Below, in pieces: positions 1 to 8,796 of a DNA stretch of 24,000 nt. A program made the translations under genes and the position numbers. Each line of letters opens with the position of its first letter. Position 1 is the stretch's first letter. This DNA comes from Candidatus Thioglobus sp. Lineage in GTDB: Bacteria > Pseudomonadota > Gammaproteobacteria > PS1 > Pseudothioglobaceae. The stretch is taken from positions 10,235 through 34,234 of the forward strand of contig VSKZ01000001.1 of NCBI GenBank assembly GCA_008364125.1, in the 5' to 3' direction. Under the pieces are notes generated by a model. The model saw nothing but the letters and a program-made list of their open reading frames with translations, was not told the origin of the DNA and ran no database searches.

Positions 1-454
1 TGCTGATTTCAATATCTGCCACATCAGTGCCAAGACGATCGTTAATGCCACCCCAATTGCGTAACAACGGCAGATTATAATCCAAAGAAAACTGGCTACG
101 GTTTGTATTTAGGTCTTTGCTTTTTTCGCGCCAAGTGTGTTTTAAAGTGAATTGACTGCCAGTATTGGTGAATTTTTTGGTAGCGGAAATACCTGCCGAA
201 GTGGTGTCCAGATTGTCGTAAATAGCGGCGGCATCTTTGGCATTTTTTTCCCTTTGATAATCGCTATTAATGCCAATAATCCAATCTTGATTTGCGGTAG
301 TGGCACGCTTTTCAACTTGCCTAACTGCACTTGTGAGCGCTTGTTGTTTGAAAAAAGGATGCGCCTCTTTTAGCTGCTGGACAAAGCTTTGCTCGGTTAG
401 CGCTTGCGTATTTATTGCCAAAAATAATAGTGTAATTGCAAAAAATAGCTTCAT
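1..454 (-). CDS. TolC-family outer membrane efflux protein, N-terminal part (runs off window start)
   Basis: Hand translation of the minus strand from ATG at 454: MKLFFAITLLFLAINTQALTEQSFVQQLKEAHPFFKQQALTSAVRQVEKRATTANQDW..., ending ...FSLDYNLPLLRNWGGINDRLGTDVADIEIS at the edge. Signal peptide, a heptad-like helix, and an 'LPLLRN.GG..' segment resembling the TolC-family 'QPLLRG.G' motif. ATGA overlap with the aroK stop codon. Missing from the supplied ORF track because it is truncated. Confidence 0.68.
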   Translation of the reverse strand, partial: MKLFFAITLLFLAINTQALTEQSFVQQLKEAHPFFKQQALTSAVRQVEKRATTANQDWIIGINSDYQREKNAKDAAAIYDNLDTTSAGISATKKFTNTGSQFTLKHTWREKSKDLNTNRSQFSLDYNLPLLRNWGGINDRLGTDVADIEIS

Positions 455-972
455 TTTGATGCCGCCTTTTTAATTTCGTTGATAATAGAATAAAGTTTTT
501 TACCGTTGGTATCAATCACCACATTTGCCACTTCTTGATAAAAACCTTCTCTGGCATTGAGCAAATCTTGCAATGTTTTTTCTCTGTCATTCGATTGTTC
601 TAACAAAGGTCGCTGTTTGGATTTGGCAGTGCGTTTGACTAATTGCTCGATGCCCGATGACAAATAGACCACAAAAACATCGCTCTTTAACAAGGCGCGA
701 TTTTCCTCTTTGATAACAACGCCACCGCCTGTGGCAATTACAACATTGGGTATTTTACATAAATCTTTGATCATTTGCACCTCTCGCTGGCGAAAACCCT
801 CTTCGCCTTCAATATCAAAAATATAGTCAATAGAAACACCAGTGCGCGCCACTATTTCAAAATCAGTATCAAAAAAATCACGCTTCAAAACACAGGCAAG
901 ACGGCGGCCAACTGATGTTTTGCCAGAGCCCATCGGTCCAACCAAAACAATGCTTTGCGCTTTTTTAGACAT
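451..972 (-). CDS. aroK: shikimate kinase
   Basis: P-loop 'IVLVGPMGSGKTSVGRRLA', 'DTDFEIVARTG', 'GEEGFRQRE' and 'IATGGGVV' motifs; 173 aa, typical size. Confidence 0.95.
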   Translation of the reverse strand: MSKKAQSIVLVGPMGSGKTSVGRRLACVLKRDFFDTDFEIVARTGVSIDYIFDIEGEEGFRQREVQMIKDLCKIPNVVIATGGGVVIKEENRALLKSDVFVVYLSSGIEQLVKRTAKSKQRPLLEQSNDREKTLQDLLNAREGFYQEVANVVIDTNGKKLYSIINEIKKAASK

Positions 973-984
973 AATTCAAATCAA

Positions 985-1131
985 TCAATTTGCCAGTTTA
1001 TATTTAGAGCCACAATAAGGGCAATTTGCATTGCCATCAGCGTCAAACTGCAAAAACACTTTTGGGTGCATACTCCATTTTTGCGCATCAACAGGCGGGC
1101 AATGGGCTGGCAGGTCTTTTTTTGCTACCAT
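985..1131 (-). CDS. small zinc-finger (CHCC-type) domain protein, 48 aa
   Basis: MVAKKDLPAHCPPVDAQKWSMHPKVFLQFDADGNANCPYCGSKYKLAN. Resembles the zf-CHCC family (LP..CP......W..HPRVYL......CPYCG..Y). The internal ATG at 1131 avoids overlap with ilvE. Confidence 0.78.
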   Translation of the reverse strand: MVAKKDLPAHCPPVDAQKWSMHPKVFLQFDADGNANCPYCGSKYKLAN

Positions 1132-1175
1132 ACTAAAACTGACATTTTTTTGCTGAAAATCATCCACAGCTATCA

Positions 1176-2105
1176 TCAGCAACCTCCTTTGGAAATCCAA
1201 TTTTGGTATTTTTTGTTGCGACCGTGAACACAATCAAAATACAAACTTTGTAATTTTTCGGTAATCGGTCCGCGTTTGCCGTTGCCGATTGTGCGATTAT
1301 CCAGCTCGCGAATTGGGGTAACTTCCGCTGCTGTGCCGGTGAAAAATGCCTCGTCAGCGCAATAAATTTCATCGCGAGTGATGCGTTTTTCCACAATTTT
1401 GTAGCCCAAATCTGTGGCTAATATAAATATGCTATCGCGAGTGATGCCTGCTAAAGCTGAGCTTAAATCTGGAGTATAAATAATGCCATCACGAATGATG
1501 AATATATTTTCGCCACTACCTTCAGCGACAAAACCATCAACATCCAGCAGCAACGCCTCATCGTAGCCATCAGTCAGGGCTTCTTGTAACGCCAGCATTG
1601 AATTGATGTAATTGCCAGTTGCCTTGGCTTTGGTCATACTAATATTAGCGTGATGGCGGGTGTAGCTTGAAGTGCGAATACGCAAGCCGTTGCGCATATT
1701 TTCCTCGCCCAAATACGAGCCCCATTCCCACGCTGCAACGATAGTATGGACTTTTAAATTATCAGCACGCAAACCCATACCCTCTGAGCCATAAAAGCAC
1801 ATCGGGCGGATATAGGCGCTAGATAAGTTATTTTTGGCCACTGCATCTTTTTGCGCTTGATTGATTTCATCTTTGCTAAAACCGATGTCCATATTCATAA
1901 TTTTGGCAGAATTAAACAGCCTGTCAGTGTGATCTTGCAGACGAAATATCGCAGTGCCATTGTCATTTTTATAAGCACGAACACCTTCAAACACTCCCAT
2001 ACCATAGTGCAGCGTGTGCGTTAATACATGAATTTTAGCATCCCGCCAATCAACCCATTTGCCATCAAACCAAATAAAACCGTCTCTATCGTCAAAGTTA
2101 TTCAT
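1176..2105 (-). CDS. ilvE: branched-chain amino acid aminotransferase
   Basis: 309 aa; 'HTLHYGMGVFEGVRAY', 'KATGNYINSMLALQEA..GYDEALLLD..G.VAEGSGENIF' and 'FFTGTAAEVTPIREID'-like class IV aminotransferase motifs. Confidence 0.95.
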   Translation of the reverse strand: MNNFDDRDGFIWFDGKWVDWRDAKIHVLTHTLHYGMGVFEGVRAYKNDNGTAIFRLQDHTDRLFNSAKIMNMDIGFSKDEINQAQKDAVAKNNLSSAYIRPMCFYGSEGMGLRADNLKVHTIVAAWEWGSYLGEENMRNGLRIRTSSYTRHHANISMTKAKATGNYINSMLALQEALTDGYDEALLLDVDGFVAEGSGENIFIIRDGIIYTPDLSSALAGITRDSIFILATDLGYKIVEKRITRDEIYCADEAFFTGTAAEVTPIRELDNRTIGNGKRGPITEKLQSLYFDCVHGRNKKYQNWISKGGC

Positions 2106-2106
2106 T

Positions 2107-3333
2107 TTAATTATCCTTATCTAAATTAAACGCAGCATGCAGCGAGCGCACTGCCAACTCCAAATATTTCTCATCCAGCACTACCGATATTTTAATCTCA
2201 GAAGTGGAAATCATTTGAATATTCACATTTTCCTGATGCAAGGTCTCAAACATTTGCGCCGCAATGCCCGCGTGTGAGCGCATACCGATACCTACCAACG
2301 ATACTTTTACCACTTTGTCATCAGCCTGCACAGTTTTAGCGCTGAGTTCTGTGCAAATTCTTTGTAGTATTTTCTGCGCTTTATTGAAATCAGAGCGATT
2401 CACGGTGAAGGCAAAATTCGTCAATCCCTCACGCGCCGAAACGCTTTGCACAATCATATCCACCTCAATATTCGCCTCACTAATCGGCTTTAAAATTTTA
2501 TAAGCAATGCCCGGCTCGTCAGGCACGCCGATGAGGCTGAGCTTGGCTTCGTCTTTGTTGTGTGCTATTCCTGAAATAACTGCTTGTTCCATAATATTAT
2601 CCTCACTGGTGATTAATGTGCCGCTTGGATTGTCAATCATTGATGACAAAACCCTGAGTGGCACTTGGTATTTTGAGGCAAATTCTACGCTGCGAATTTG
2701 CAAAATTTTAGAGCCCAGCGATGCCATTTCCAGCATCTCTTCGTAACTCACAATATTCATTCTTCTAGCATTTGGCTCAATCCGCGGGTCGGTGGTGTAA
2801 ACGCCGTCAACATCAGTATAAATCTGGCATTCATCAGCTTTGAGAGCCGCTGCCAGAGCAACTGCGGTGGTATCAGAGCCGCCGCGTCCTAATGTAGTAA
2901 TATGCCCTTGTTCGTCAACACCTTGAAAACCAGCCACAACGACAACGAAGCCCTTGTCCAAACTGGAATGGATGCGATGGTCGTCAATGGATTTGATGCG
3001 TGCTTTGCCGTGCGCACTATCGGTGGTAATTCTCACTTGCGCTCCGGTATAGGAAATTGCCTTAGCGCCCAATTGTTGCAATGCCATTGTTAAAAGTGAA
3101 ATGGTTACCTGCTCGCCGGTAGTCAGCAAAACATCCATCTCACGCAAAGATGGAGTGTCTTGAATTTGCTCTGCCAACTCGGTCATTCTATTGGTTTCAC
3201 CGCTCATAGCCGAGACGCTGACAACTAATTTATTGCCAGCATCAGCAAAGATTTTGATTTTTTTGGCAACAGCCTGAATTAGCTCCACCGAGCCAACCGA
3301 AGTGCCACCATATTTTTGAACTATTAACGCCAC
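2107..3333 (-). CDS. lysC: aspartate kinase
   Basis: 408 aa; 'VQKYGGTSVGSVE', 'TTGEQVTISLL', 'GRGGSDTTAVALAAAL.AD.CQIYTDVDGVYTTDPRI', and C-terminal ACT domains ending 'TSEIKISVVLDEKYLELAVRSLHAAFNLDK'. Confidence 0.96.
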   Translation of the reverse strand: MALIVQKYGGTSVGSVELIQAVAKKIKIFADAGNKLVVSVSAMSGETNRMTELAEQIQDTPSLREMDVLLTTGEQVTISLLTMALQQLGAKAISYTGAQVRITTDSAHGKARIKSIDDHRIHSSLDKGFVVVVAGFQGVDEQGHITTLGRGGSDTTAVALAAALKADECQIYTDVDGVYTTDPRIEPNARRMNIVSYEEMLEMASLGSKILQIRSVEFASKYQVPLRVLSSMIDNPSGTLITSEDNIMEQAVISGIAHNKDEAKLSLIGVPDEPGIAYKILKPISEANIEVDMIVQSVSAREGLTNFAFTVNRSDFNKAQKILQRICTELSAKTVQADDKVVKVSLVGIGMRSHAGIAAQMFETLHQENVNIQMISTSEIKISVVLDEKYLELAVRSLHAAFNLDKDN

Positions 3334-3632
3334 AAGTGCAATAAAAAATAAAAATAATGCTCAAATTATACTTTAACCGCCTTACTTTTGGCGAAAATAG
3401 TTATTGTTTATTTATTGCCAAAAACATATTTTGACTTAAATACATAAATCAGCAACGGAATAATCGTTAGGGCAATCACCACATCAATAATTAAAGATTC
3501 AGAAATAAAAATCGCCAGCGCCCAAAAGCCGCCAATTATTAAAAAAAATATGAAAAAATAACAACTATTACAAACTAATCAAAATCACTTTTTCTATGTA
3601 AAATAATAATTTTTTATGTTTCAATAAAAACT

Positions 3633-4880
3633 ATGCAATTTAATTTATTAACTGTGATTTTTCTGCTGGCAATAGCTGCTTATATGCTTACGATAATATG
3701 GCTGAATGCTCGGCAGGCTAAGGCAGTGCAAAGCTCATTTGACAAAGTGCCTGATGAATTTTCGGCAAAAATCAGCTTGCAAAAGCATCAAAAAGCCGCC
3801 AATTACACTCGTGCTAAATTGGCAGTTAGCAACTTTGAAACGGCATTTTCGGTCTTGGTGCTGCTGGGCTGGACACTGGGCGGCGGCTTGCAATGGCTTG
3901 ATATTATTTGGCAAGCACAAATGCAAAATCAGCTATTGGTTGGCACTGGTTTTATCGTCAGTTTGATGCTGCTTGGAGCGTTGATTGATTTGCCGTTTAG
4001 CCTCTATCGCACCTTTGTTTTAGAGGCAAAATTTGGCTTTAACAAAACCACAATTTCCACGCTGATTGCCGATATGGCAAAGGGTTTGGCGCTGATGCTT
4101 GTGCTTGGAATGCCGCTGATTTATGCGGTGCTTTATTTGATGAATGCGGCAGGCGAATATTGGTGGCTGACAGTTTGGCTACTTTTGACTGCGGTTTCAC
4201 TGTTGATGCTGTGGCTTTATCCAAGTTTTATTGCGCCAATATTCAACAAATTCAAACCTTTGGACGACCAACAGTTGAGGGTAAAAATTGACGATTTACT
4301 CAAACGCACCGGTTTCAAAAGCGATGGCGTATTTGTGATGGACGGCTCAAAACGCTCATCACACGGCAACGCCTATTTCACCGGCATCGGCAAAAACAAG
4401 CGCATCGTGTTTTTTGACACTTTGCTAAAAGGTATGGAAACTCAAGAGGTTGAGGCGATTTTGGCGCACGAGTTAGGCCATTTTCACCACCGCCACATTC
4501 GCAAACAAATGTTAATATCGTTTTTGACCAGTCTGCTTGGATTGGCGCTGCTAGGCTATTTAATCAATCAAACTTGGTTTTTCAACGGACTGGGAATTAG
4601 CCAAGCAAGCAACCACGCCGCATTAGTTTTATTTATGATGGTAGTGCCGATTTTTAGCTTTTTCAGCACTCCTATCAGCAGCTTTTTTTCACGCAAATAC
4701 GAGTTTGAAGCTGATGCCTTTGCTGCAAAACACACCAGCGCTGATTATTTGATTTCAGGCTTGGTCAAACTCTATCGCGACAACGCCAGCGCACTAACGC
4801 CAGATAGGTTATACTCGGCATTTTACGATTCGCATCCGCGCGCATCGATTCGCATTAATCACTTAAAACAGGCGACATAA
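3633..4880 (+). CDS. M48 family metallopeptidase (Ste24/CAAX prenyl protease-like membrane protease)
   Basis: 415 aa with multiple TM segments, 'YRTFVLEAKFGFNKTT', zinc motif 'AILAHELGHFHHRHI', and 'SRKYEFEADAFAAKH'. Confidence 0.93.
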   Translation: MQFNLLTVIFLLAIAAYMLTIIWLNARQAKAVQSSFDKVPDEFSAKISLQKHQKAANYTRAKLAVSNFETAFSVLVLLGWTLGGGLQWLDIIWQAQMQNQLLVGTGFIVSLMLLGALIDLPFSLYRTFVLEAKFGFNKTTISTLIADMAKGLALMLVLGMPLIYAVLYLMNAAGEYWWLTVWLLLTAVSLLMLWLYPSFIAPIFNKFKPLDDQQLRVKIDDLLKRTGFKSDGVFVMDGSKRSSHGNAYFTGIGKNKRIVFFDTLLKGMETQEVEAILAHELGHFHHRHIRKQMLISFLTSLLGLALLGYLINQTWFFNGLGISQASNHAALVLFMMVVPIFSFFSTPISSFFSRKYEFEADAFAAKHTSADYLISGLVKLYRDNASALTPDRLYSAFYDSHPRASIRINHLKQAT

Positions 4881-5197
4881 TGAAAAAATTATTAACAATA
4901 ATAACGCTATTATCATCCGCAGTTTTTGCCAATCAAGAGCAAAATATTCCCATCAGCGAGGGGCAAACTCTACACCAAGAATCTTGCATTGCTTGTCATA
5001 TAGTGCCGCACGATGAGGCGTTTTACTTGCGTGAAAACCGCAAAGTTAGCAGCTTAATAGGGCTATCAACTCAAATCGGCAGATGCGCTCAAAATTTCAG
5101 CACCGGATGGTTTCCAGACGAAGAAAAAGCCGTGGTAGATTACCTCAACCAACATTATTACAAATTCCAAACCAACAACGCTTTTGAGCCTAAATAG
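4880..5197 (+). CDS. small monoheme cytochrome c (periplasmic)
   Basis: Signal peptide MKKLLTIITLLSSAVFA followed by the heme motif CIACH; C-terminal 'WFPDEEKAVVDYLNQHYYKF'. Start overlaps the previous stop codon. Confidence 0.82.
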   Translation: MKKLLTIITLLSSAVFANQEQNIPISEGQTLHQESCIACHIVPHDEAFYLRENRKVSSLIGLSTQIGRCAQNFSTGWFPDEEKAVVDYLNQHYYKFQTNNAFEPK

Positions 5198-6143
5198 ACG
5201 ACAAAAATGGCGCATTGAAAAAATCCAATCCGAGCGCATTGCCCGGGCAAATTCAGTTGCTGATAATGCGCAAAATCCAGCAGATTACGCGCCGCAAACT
5301 GGCTTAGTAATCACGCGTTACGGTCAGCGTTTGCTGGTTGAAAACGAGGCTGGAGACCTAATCCAATGCACATCCAGACGCAATATTGATTTGTCAGTCG
5401 CTGGTGATCAGGTGATTTTTATGACAAATGCTGACAATAGCGGAGTTGTTACTGCCATACTTGAACGCGATAATTGTCTGAAACGCTCCGGCAAACTCAT
5501 CGCTGCTAATATTGACGAAATGCGCTTGGTGGTTGCCTTGCAGCCGCATTATCAATTTGATTTAATTGACCGTTATTTAATCGTTGCCGAAAATGCGCAA
5601 CTGCCGATTAGCATTGTGGTCAACAAAATTGAGCTGTCTGCCAACATTGAACAAGTCAAAAAAGATTTTTCTATGTATCGGTCAATCGGCATTGATGTGC
5701 ATTATTTAAGCGTCAAAGAGCAAATAGGCACGCAAGATTTCAAGGAGCAAATAGGCGGAAAAAGCAATATTTTTCTCGGTCAATCTGGGGTCGGAAAATC
5801 CTCATTAATAAACGAATTGTTGCCAGATTTGAACCTGAAAATAGCGCAAATATCCGCCAAAAGCAAGCTTGGAAAGCACACCACCACTGCCACTACGCTC
5901 TATCATATTCCAACAGGCGGCGATTTAATCGACTCTCCTGGAGTGCGAGAATTTCATTTGGACAATTTGACAAATGCGCAAATTTTAAGCGGATTTAAGG
6001 AGTTTAAGCCTTTGATGGGGCAATGTAAATTTAGAAATTGCACCCACAAAAGCGAGCCTGATTGTGCCATCAAAAACGCCTTAGAATCTGGCGCTATTCA
6101 TCCAAAACGCTATGAAACTTACCTGTCTTTAATGGACGAATAA
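5184..6143 (+). CDS. rsgA: ribosome small subunit-dependent GTPase A
   Basis: 319 aa; TTG start at 5184. Circularly permuted GTPase order: 'NKIEL', then 'GQSGVGKSSLINELLP', 'DSPGVREF', and the zinc-binding tail 'C.FRNCTH..EPDCAI..A...G.I...R...Y'. Confidence 0.94.
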   Translation: MSLNRRQKWRIEKIQSERIARANSVADNAQNPADYAPQTGLVITRYGQRLLVENEAGDLIQCTSRRNIDLSVAGDQVIFMTNADNSGVVTAILERDNCLKRSGKLIAANIDEMRLVVALQPHYQFDLIDRYLIVAENAQLPISIVVNKIELSANIEQVKKDFSMYRSIGIDVHYLSVKEQIGTQDFKEQIGGKSNIFLGQSGVGKSSLINELLPDLNLKIAQISAKSKLGKHTTTATTLYHIPTGGDLIDSPGVREFHLDNLTNAQILSGFKEFKPLMGQCKFRNCTHKSEPDCAIKNALESGAIHPKRYETYLSLMDE

Positions 6144-6145
6144 TA

Positions 6146-7402
6146 CTACTGGAACTCCATTTTTCTAAATATTCGCGCCGCATTTTGGCGGTGTAATTCA
6201 CGATAAGTGCGCCAATCTCGATAAGCAGATTGGTCAATATTATAAGCATCAGTCAGTTCGCCGTCATTATCCAATATTTTTGTAATTTTATCGTGCATAT
6301 AAACCAAATAATCCTTGGTGAATTTAGTTACAGTTGCCAAATCGGTCGGATGGCCGTGGCCGGGAATAATGATTTTTGGCGATAGGGCTTCGATTTTGTC
6401 CCAAGTTTTTATCCATTCGGCAATATTAGTATTACGAAAAATCGGCAACATTCTTTCGTTAAAAGCACTGTCACCACTGATTAGCAGCTTTTCTTCTGGC
6501 AACCAAAGCTGAATATCATCAGGCGAATGTGAAGCGCCAATGTGCAATATTTCAATCTCGATGCCGCCCATATTGAGGCTGAGTTTTTTGTCAAAAACTC
6601 GGTCTGGGCGCACAATTTTACTGCCGATAAATTTGTCTTTTTGCAGCGCAAAAGCGCGCATAAAAATCTCGTCCCCGCGCTCAACAATCTCTTTGTCTGC
6701 CTCTATATGAGCGATAATTTCTGCGCCCTGCTGTTTCCAATAATTAGCACCAGCAATCGCATGAGACTGAGAATTTTCAAGCACAACATAACGAATTGGC
6801 TGCTTAGTGATTTTTTTGATTTCAGCGTGCAACGCCTGTGCCACAAGATAGCTGCCACCGGCGTTAAACAACAAAACACCGTCATCGCTGACAATAAACG
6901 ATAAATTGTTGTTGTGATTTGAGTTTTGATAAGTAGCCGGCTGCGCTGCGCCCACTGCCGTATAGACATTTTTAATCACTAATTCTGGCTTTCGATAGAG
7001 AATATTATCAGGCTCAAAGTCGCTTATCCACACTGGATTTTGCTGCTTTTTCCAAGTAAAAAAACCATCGGCATAATTTTTGACATTAGTGTAACCCATA
7101 TCCATCAAGGTTTGTGCTGCAAGTGGTGAGCGAATATTTAGCCCGCAATAAACTATAATCGGGGTATTTTTATTTTTAGTATAATCGCCAATTTGCGTCT
7201 CAATCCAGCCGCGTAGAATATTCACATTTTGCCCACGGTCAATAGTTCCAGTGTGATTGATTTCAAACGGCGCACGCACATCAATCAGCAAAACATTTGG
7301 GTCTGTGTCCAAGATTTTTTTCAGCTCTTCGGTGTTGATATTAACCAAGGCTGAGACGCTACTGAGGCTAAAAGTAGCAATGATTATCAAAATATAACGC
7401 AT
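6146..7402 (-). CDS. secreted rhodanese domain + MBL-fold (metallo-beta-lactamase-like) fusion protein
   Basis: N-terminal signal peptide (MRYILIIIATFSLSSVSA); rhodanese part 'VLLIDVRAPFEINHTG...IIVYCGLNIRSPLAAQTLMDMGYTNVKNYADG'; C-terminal MBL part with 'HIGASHSPDDIQLWLPEEKLLISGDSAF' and 'IIPGHGHPT'. Confidence 0.85.
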   Translation of the reverse strand: MRYILIIIATFSLSSVSALVNINTEELKKILDTDPNVLLIDVRAPFEINHTGTIDRGQNVNILRGWIETQIGDYTKNKNTPIIVYCGLNIRSPLAAQTLMDMGYTNVKNYADGFFTWKKQQNPVWISDFEPDNILYRKPELVIKNVYTAVGAAQPATYQNSNHNNNLSFIVSDDGVLLFNAGGSYLVAQALHAEIKKITKQPIRYVVLENSQSHAIAGANYWKQQGAEIIAHIEADKEIVERGDEIFMRAFALQKDKFIGSKIVRPDRVFDKKLSLNMGGIEIEILHIGASHSPDDIQLWLPEEKLLISGDSAFNERMLPIFRNTNIAEWIKTWDKIEALSPKIIIPGHGHPTDLATVTKFTKDYLVYMHDKITKILDNDGELTDAYNIDQSAYRDWRTYRELHRQNAARIFRKMEFQ

Positions 7403-7480
7403 AGTTTTTATTTGCTAAAAAACCAACATTATATCAAACAATGTTTAATTACTTAAAAAAAATACCGACATTTCCAGCCC

Positions 7481-8116
7481 TTAATCCTTTATAAATAAGG
7501 CAACATTATCTCCGTAAAGTTCAAGTTTTGTGCCATATATTTTTGCCAAATAGCGCATTGTTTGCTTGGAAAAAAAGCAAATATGGGTTGGGTCATTTTT
7601 GTAATACCACGATGAAAATTCCACTTTTTCATTTATCATTTGCGTCATCAACGCCAACACTCCGCCACTTTTCAGGATTTCCAGCAAACGCTGTAATTCA
7701 AATTTTGGATTATTTAAATGTTCAACAACTTCGGTGGCGCAAATAAAATCATATTTATTGTTAAATACTGCTAAATTATTGGCATAGAATTTATCAAACA
7801 AATCCATCTGGCAGCCATATTTTGTCAGCATCACAGACAAAGTCGGCCCCGGTCCGCTGCCAAAATCTAAGCCTTTGCTGCCGGGTTTAATATACTTGGA
7901 AACAGGCGTAACAAGTTGCGCTAAAAACTGACGATAGCGCTGGTCATTGGGGTTGTTTTGGTGTTGGTCGTAACGCTTTTTTTCCTCGTCAGCACTCAGG
8001 TGAAATAACGGCGGCACAAACACCAAATCACAGCGGGTGCAATGCAAATATTCAGCGGCGCTGTCTTGATAATAGGGCTTAGAATCAGCAGAGCACAAAG
8101 GGCAGTTTTTGCCCAT
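7481..8116 (-). CDS. class I SAM-dependent methyltransferase with N-terminal zinc ribbon
   Basis: 'CPLC...C.RCDLVF' zinc ribbon followed by 'GLDFGSGPGPTLSVML', 'YDFICATEVVEHL' and 'LEILKSGGVLALMT'. Confidence 0.85.
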   Translation of the reverse strand: MGKNCPLCSADSKPYYQDSAAEYLHCTRCDLVFVPPLFHLSADEEKKRYDQHQNNPNDQRYRQFLAQLVTPVSKYIKPGSKGLDFGSGPGPTLSVMLTKYGCQMDLFDKFYANNLAVFNNKYDFICATEVVEHLNNPKFELQRLLEILKSGGVLALMTQMINEKVEFSSWYYKNDPTHICFFSKQTMRYLAKIYGTKLELYGDNVALFIKD

Positions 8117-8125
8117 TATGAAAAA

Positions 8126-8608
8126 TTAATGTGAGCAAGTTGCGCTATGCACATGCCCGTGTTCCAGCTCGTCTTTAGTGGCATCACGCACATTTTCGAT
8201 GCTGACATTAAAGTGCAGCGTCTGCCCTGCTAACGGATGATTGCCATCAACAGTAACTGTGTCTTTGCCGATTTCCTTCACCACCACCACAAACGCATTA
8301 CCGCTTTCGTCTTGCGATTGCAACTCCATTCCTACTTTTAAATCGCTAATTCCTTGCAGCGCCTCCATCGGAATTTTTTGCACGCCATCAGCGTGATACT
8401 CGCCATAGCCGTCTTTTGCCGCAACGCTGGCATCGCAAGATTCGCCAACTTTCATACCTTTCAAAACTTTTTCAAGCCCTGGAACGATGTTGCCATGCCC
8501 ATACAAAAATGGCATTGGCTCTTGCCCTTTTGATGTGTCAATAACTTCGCTGGCATCGTTTTTAAGGGTGTAATGCATTTCTACTACTTTGTCTTTTTTT
8601 ATATTCAT
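8126..8608 (-). CDS. slyD: FKBP-type peptidyl-prolyl cis-trans isomerase SlyD
   Basis: 'MNIKKDKVVEMHYTLKNDASEVIDTS...PMPFLYGHGNIVPGLEKVLKGMKVGE' with the IF domain and a short His/Cys tail 'HGHVHSATCSH'. ATG at 8608 is preceded by GGAGAG, preferred over the track's 8653 start. Confidence 0.92.
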   Translation of the reverse strand: MNIKKDKVVEMHYTLKNDASEVIDTSKGQEPMPFLYGHGNIVPGLEKVLKGMKVGESCDASVAAKDGYGEYHADGVQKIPMEALQGISDLKVGMELQSQDESGNAFVVVVKEIGKDTVTVDGNHPLAGQTLHFNVSIENVRDATKDELEHGHVHSATCSH

Positions 8609-8640
8609 TTTTGCTCTCCGTTTTTCGGTGATAGAAATAA

Positions 8641-8670
8641 AAAAGGCTTTCAAAAACTTGAAAGCCTTTT
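8641..8670 (-). terminator. intrinsic-terminator-like hairpin downstream of tRNA-Lys
   Basis: Perfect inverted repeat AAAAGGCTTTCAA-AAAC-TTGAAAGCCTTTT immediately 3' of the tRNA on the minus strand, ending in a T-run (CCTTTTT). It lies in the tRNA-slyD gap, just upstream of the slyD ribosome-binding site. Confidence 0.75.
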
Positions 8671-8676
8671 AAAATA

Positions 8677-8752
8677 TGGTGGGGCGTGAGCGATTTGAAC
8701 GCTCGACCAGCGGATTAAAAGTCCGATGCTCTACCAACTGAGCTAACGCCCC
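8677..8752 (-). tRNA. tRNA-Lys (anticodon TTT)
   Basis: Minus strand: GGGGCGT TA GCTC AGTTGGTA GAGC A TCGGA CTTTTAA TCCGC TGGTC GAGCG TTCAAAT CGCTC ACGCCCC A CCA. 76 nt, cloverleaf, encoded CCA, anticodon TTT at positions 34-36. Confidence 0.97.
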
Positions 8753-8796
8753 CGATAAAAAAATGAAATTATACAGTAATGAAAATCACAATTTTT

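Noticed and set aside
152-373. 73-aa plus-strand and 62-aa minus-strand ORFs at the window start
   Set aside because: Both are alternative frames over the truncated TolC-like gene (minus, start 454), which explains the region better.
985-1233. Track start at 1233 for the CHCC zinc-finger ORF
   Set aside because: The extension overlaps the 3' end of ilvE and adds no conserved sequence. The internal ATG at 1131 yields the standard domain length.
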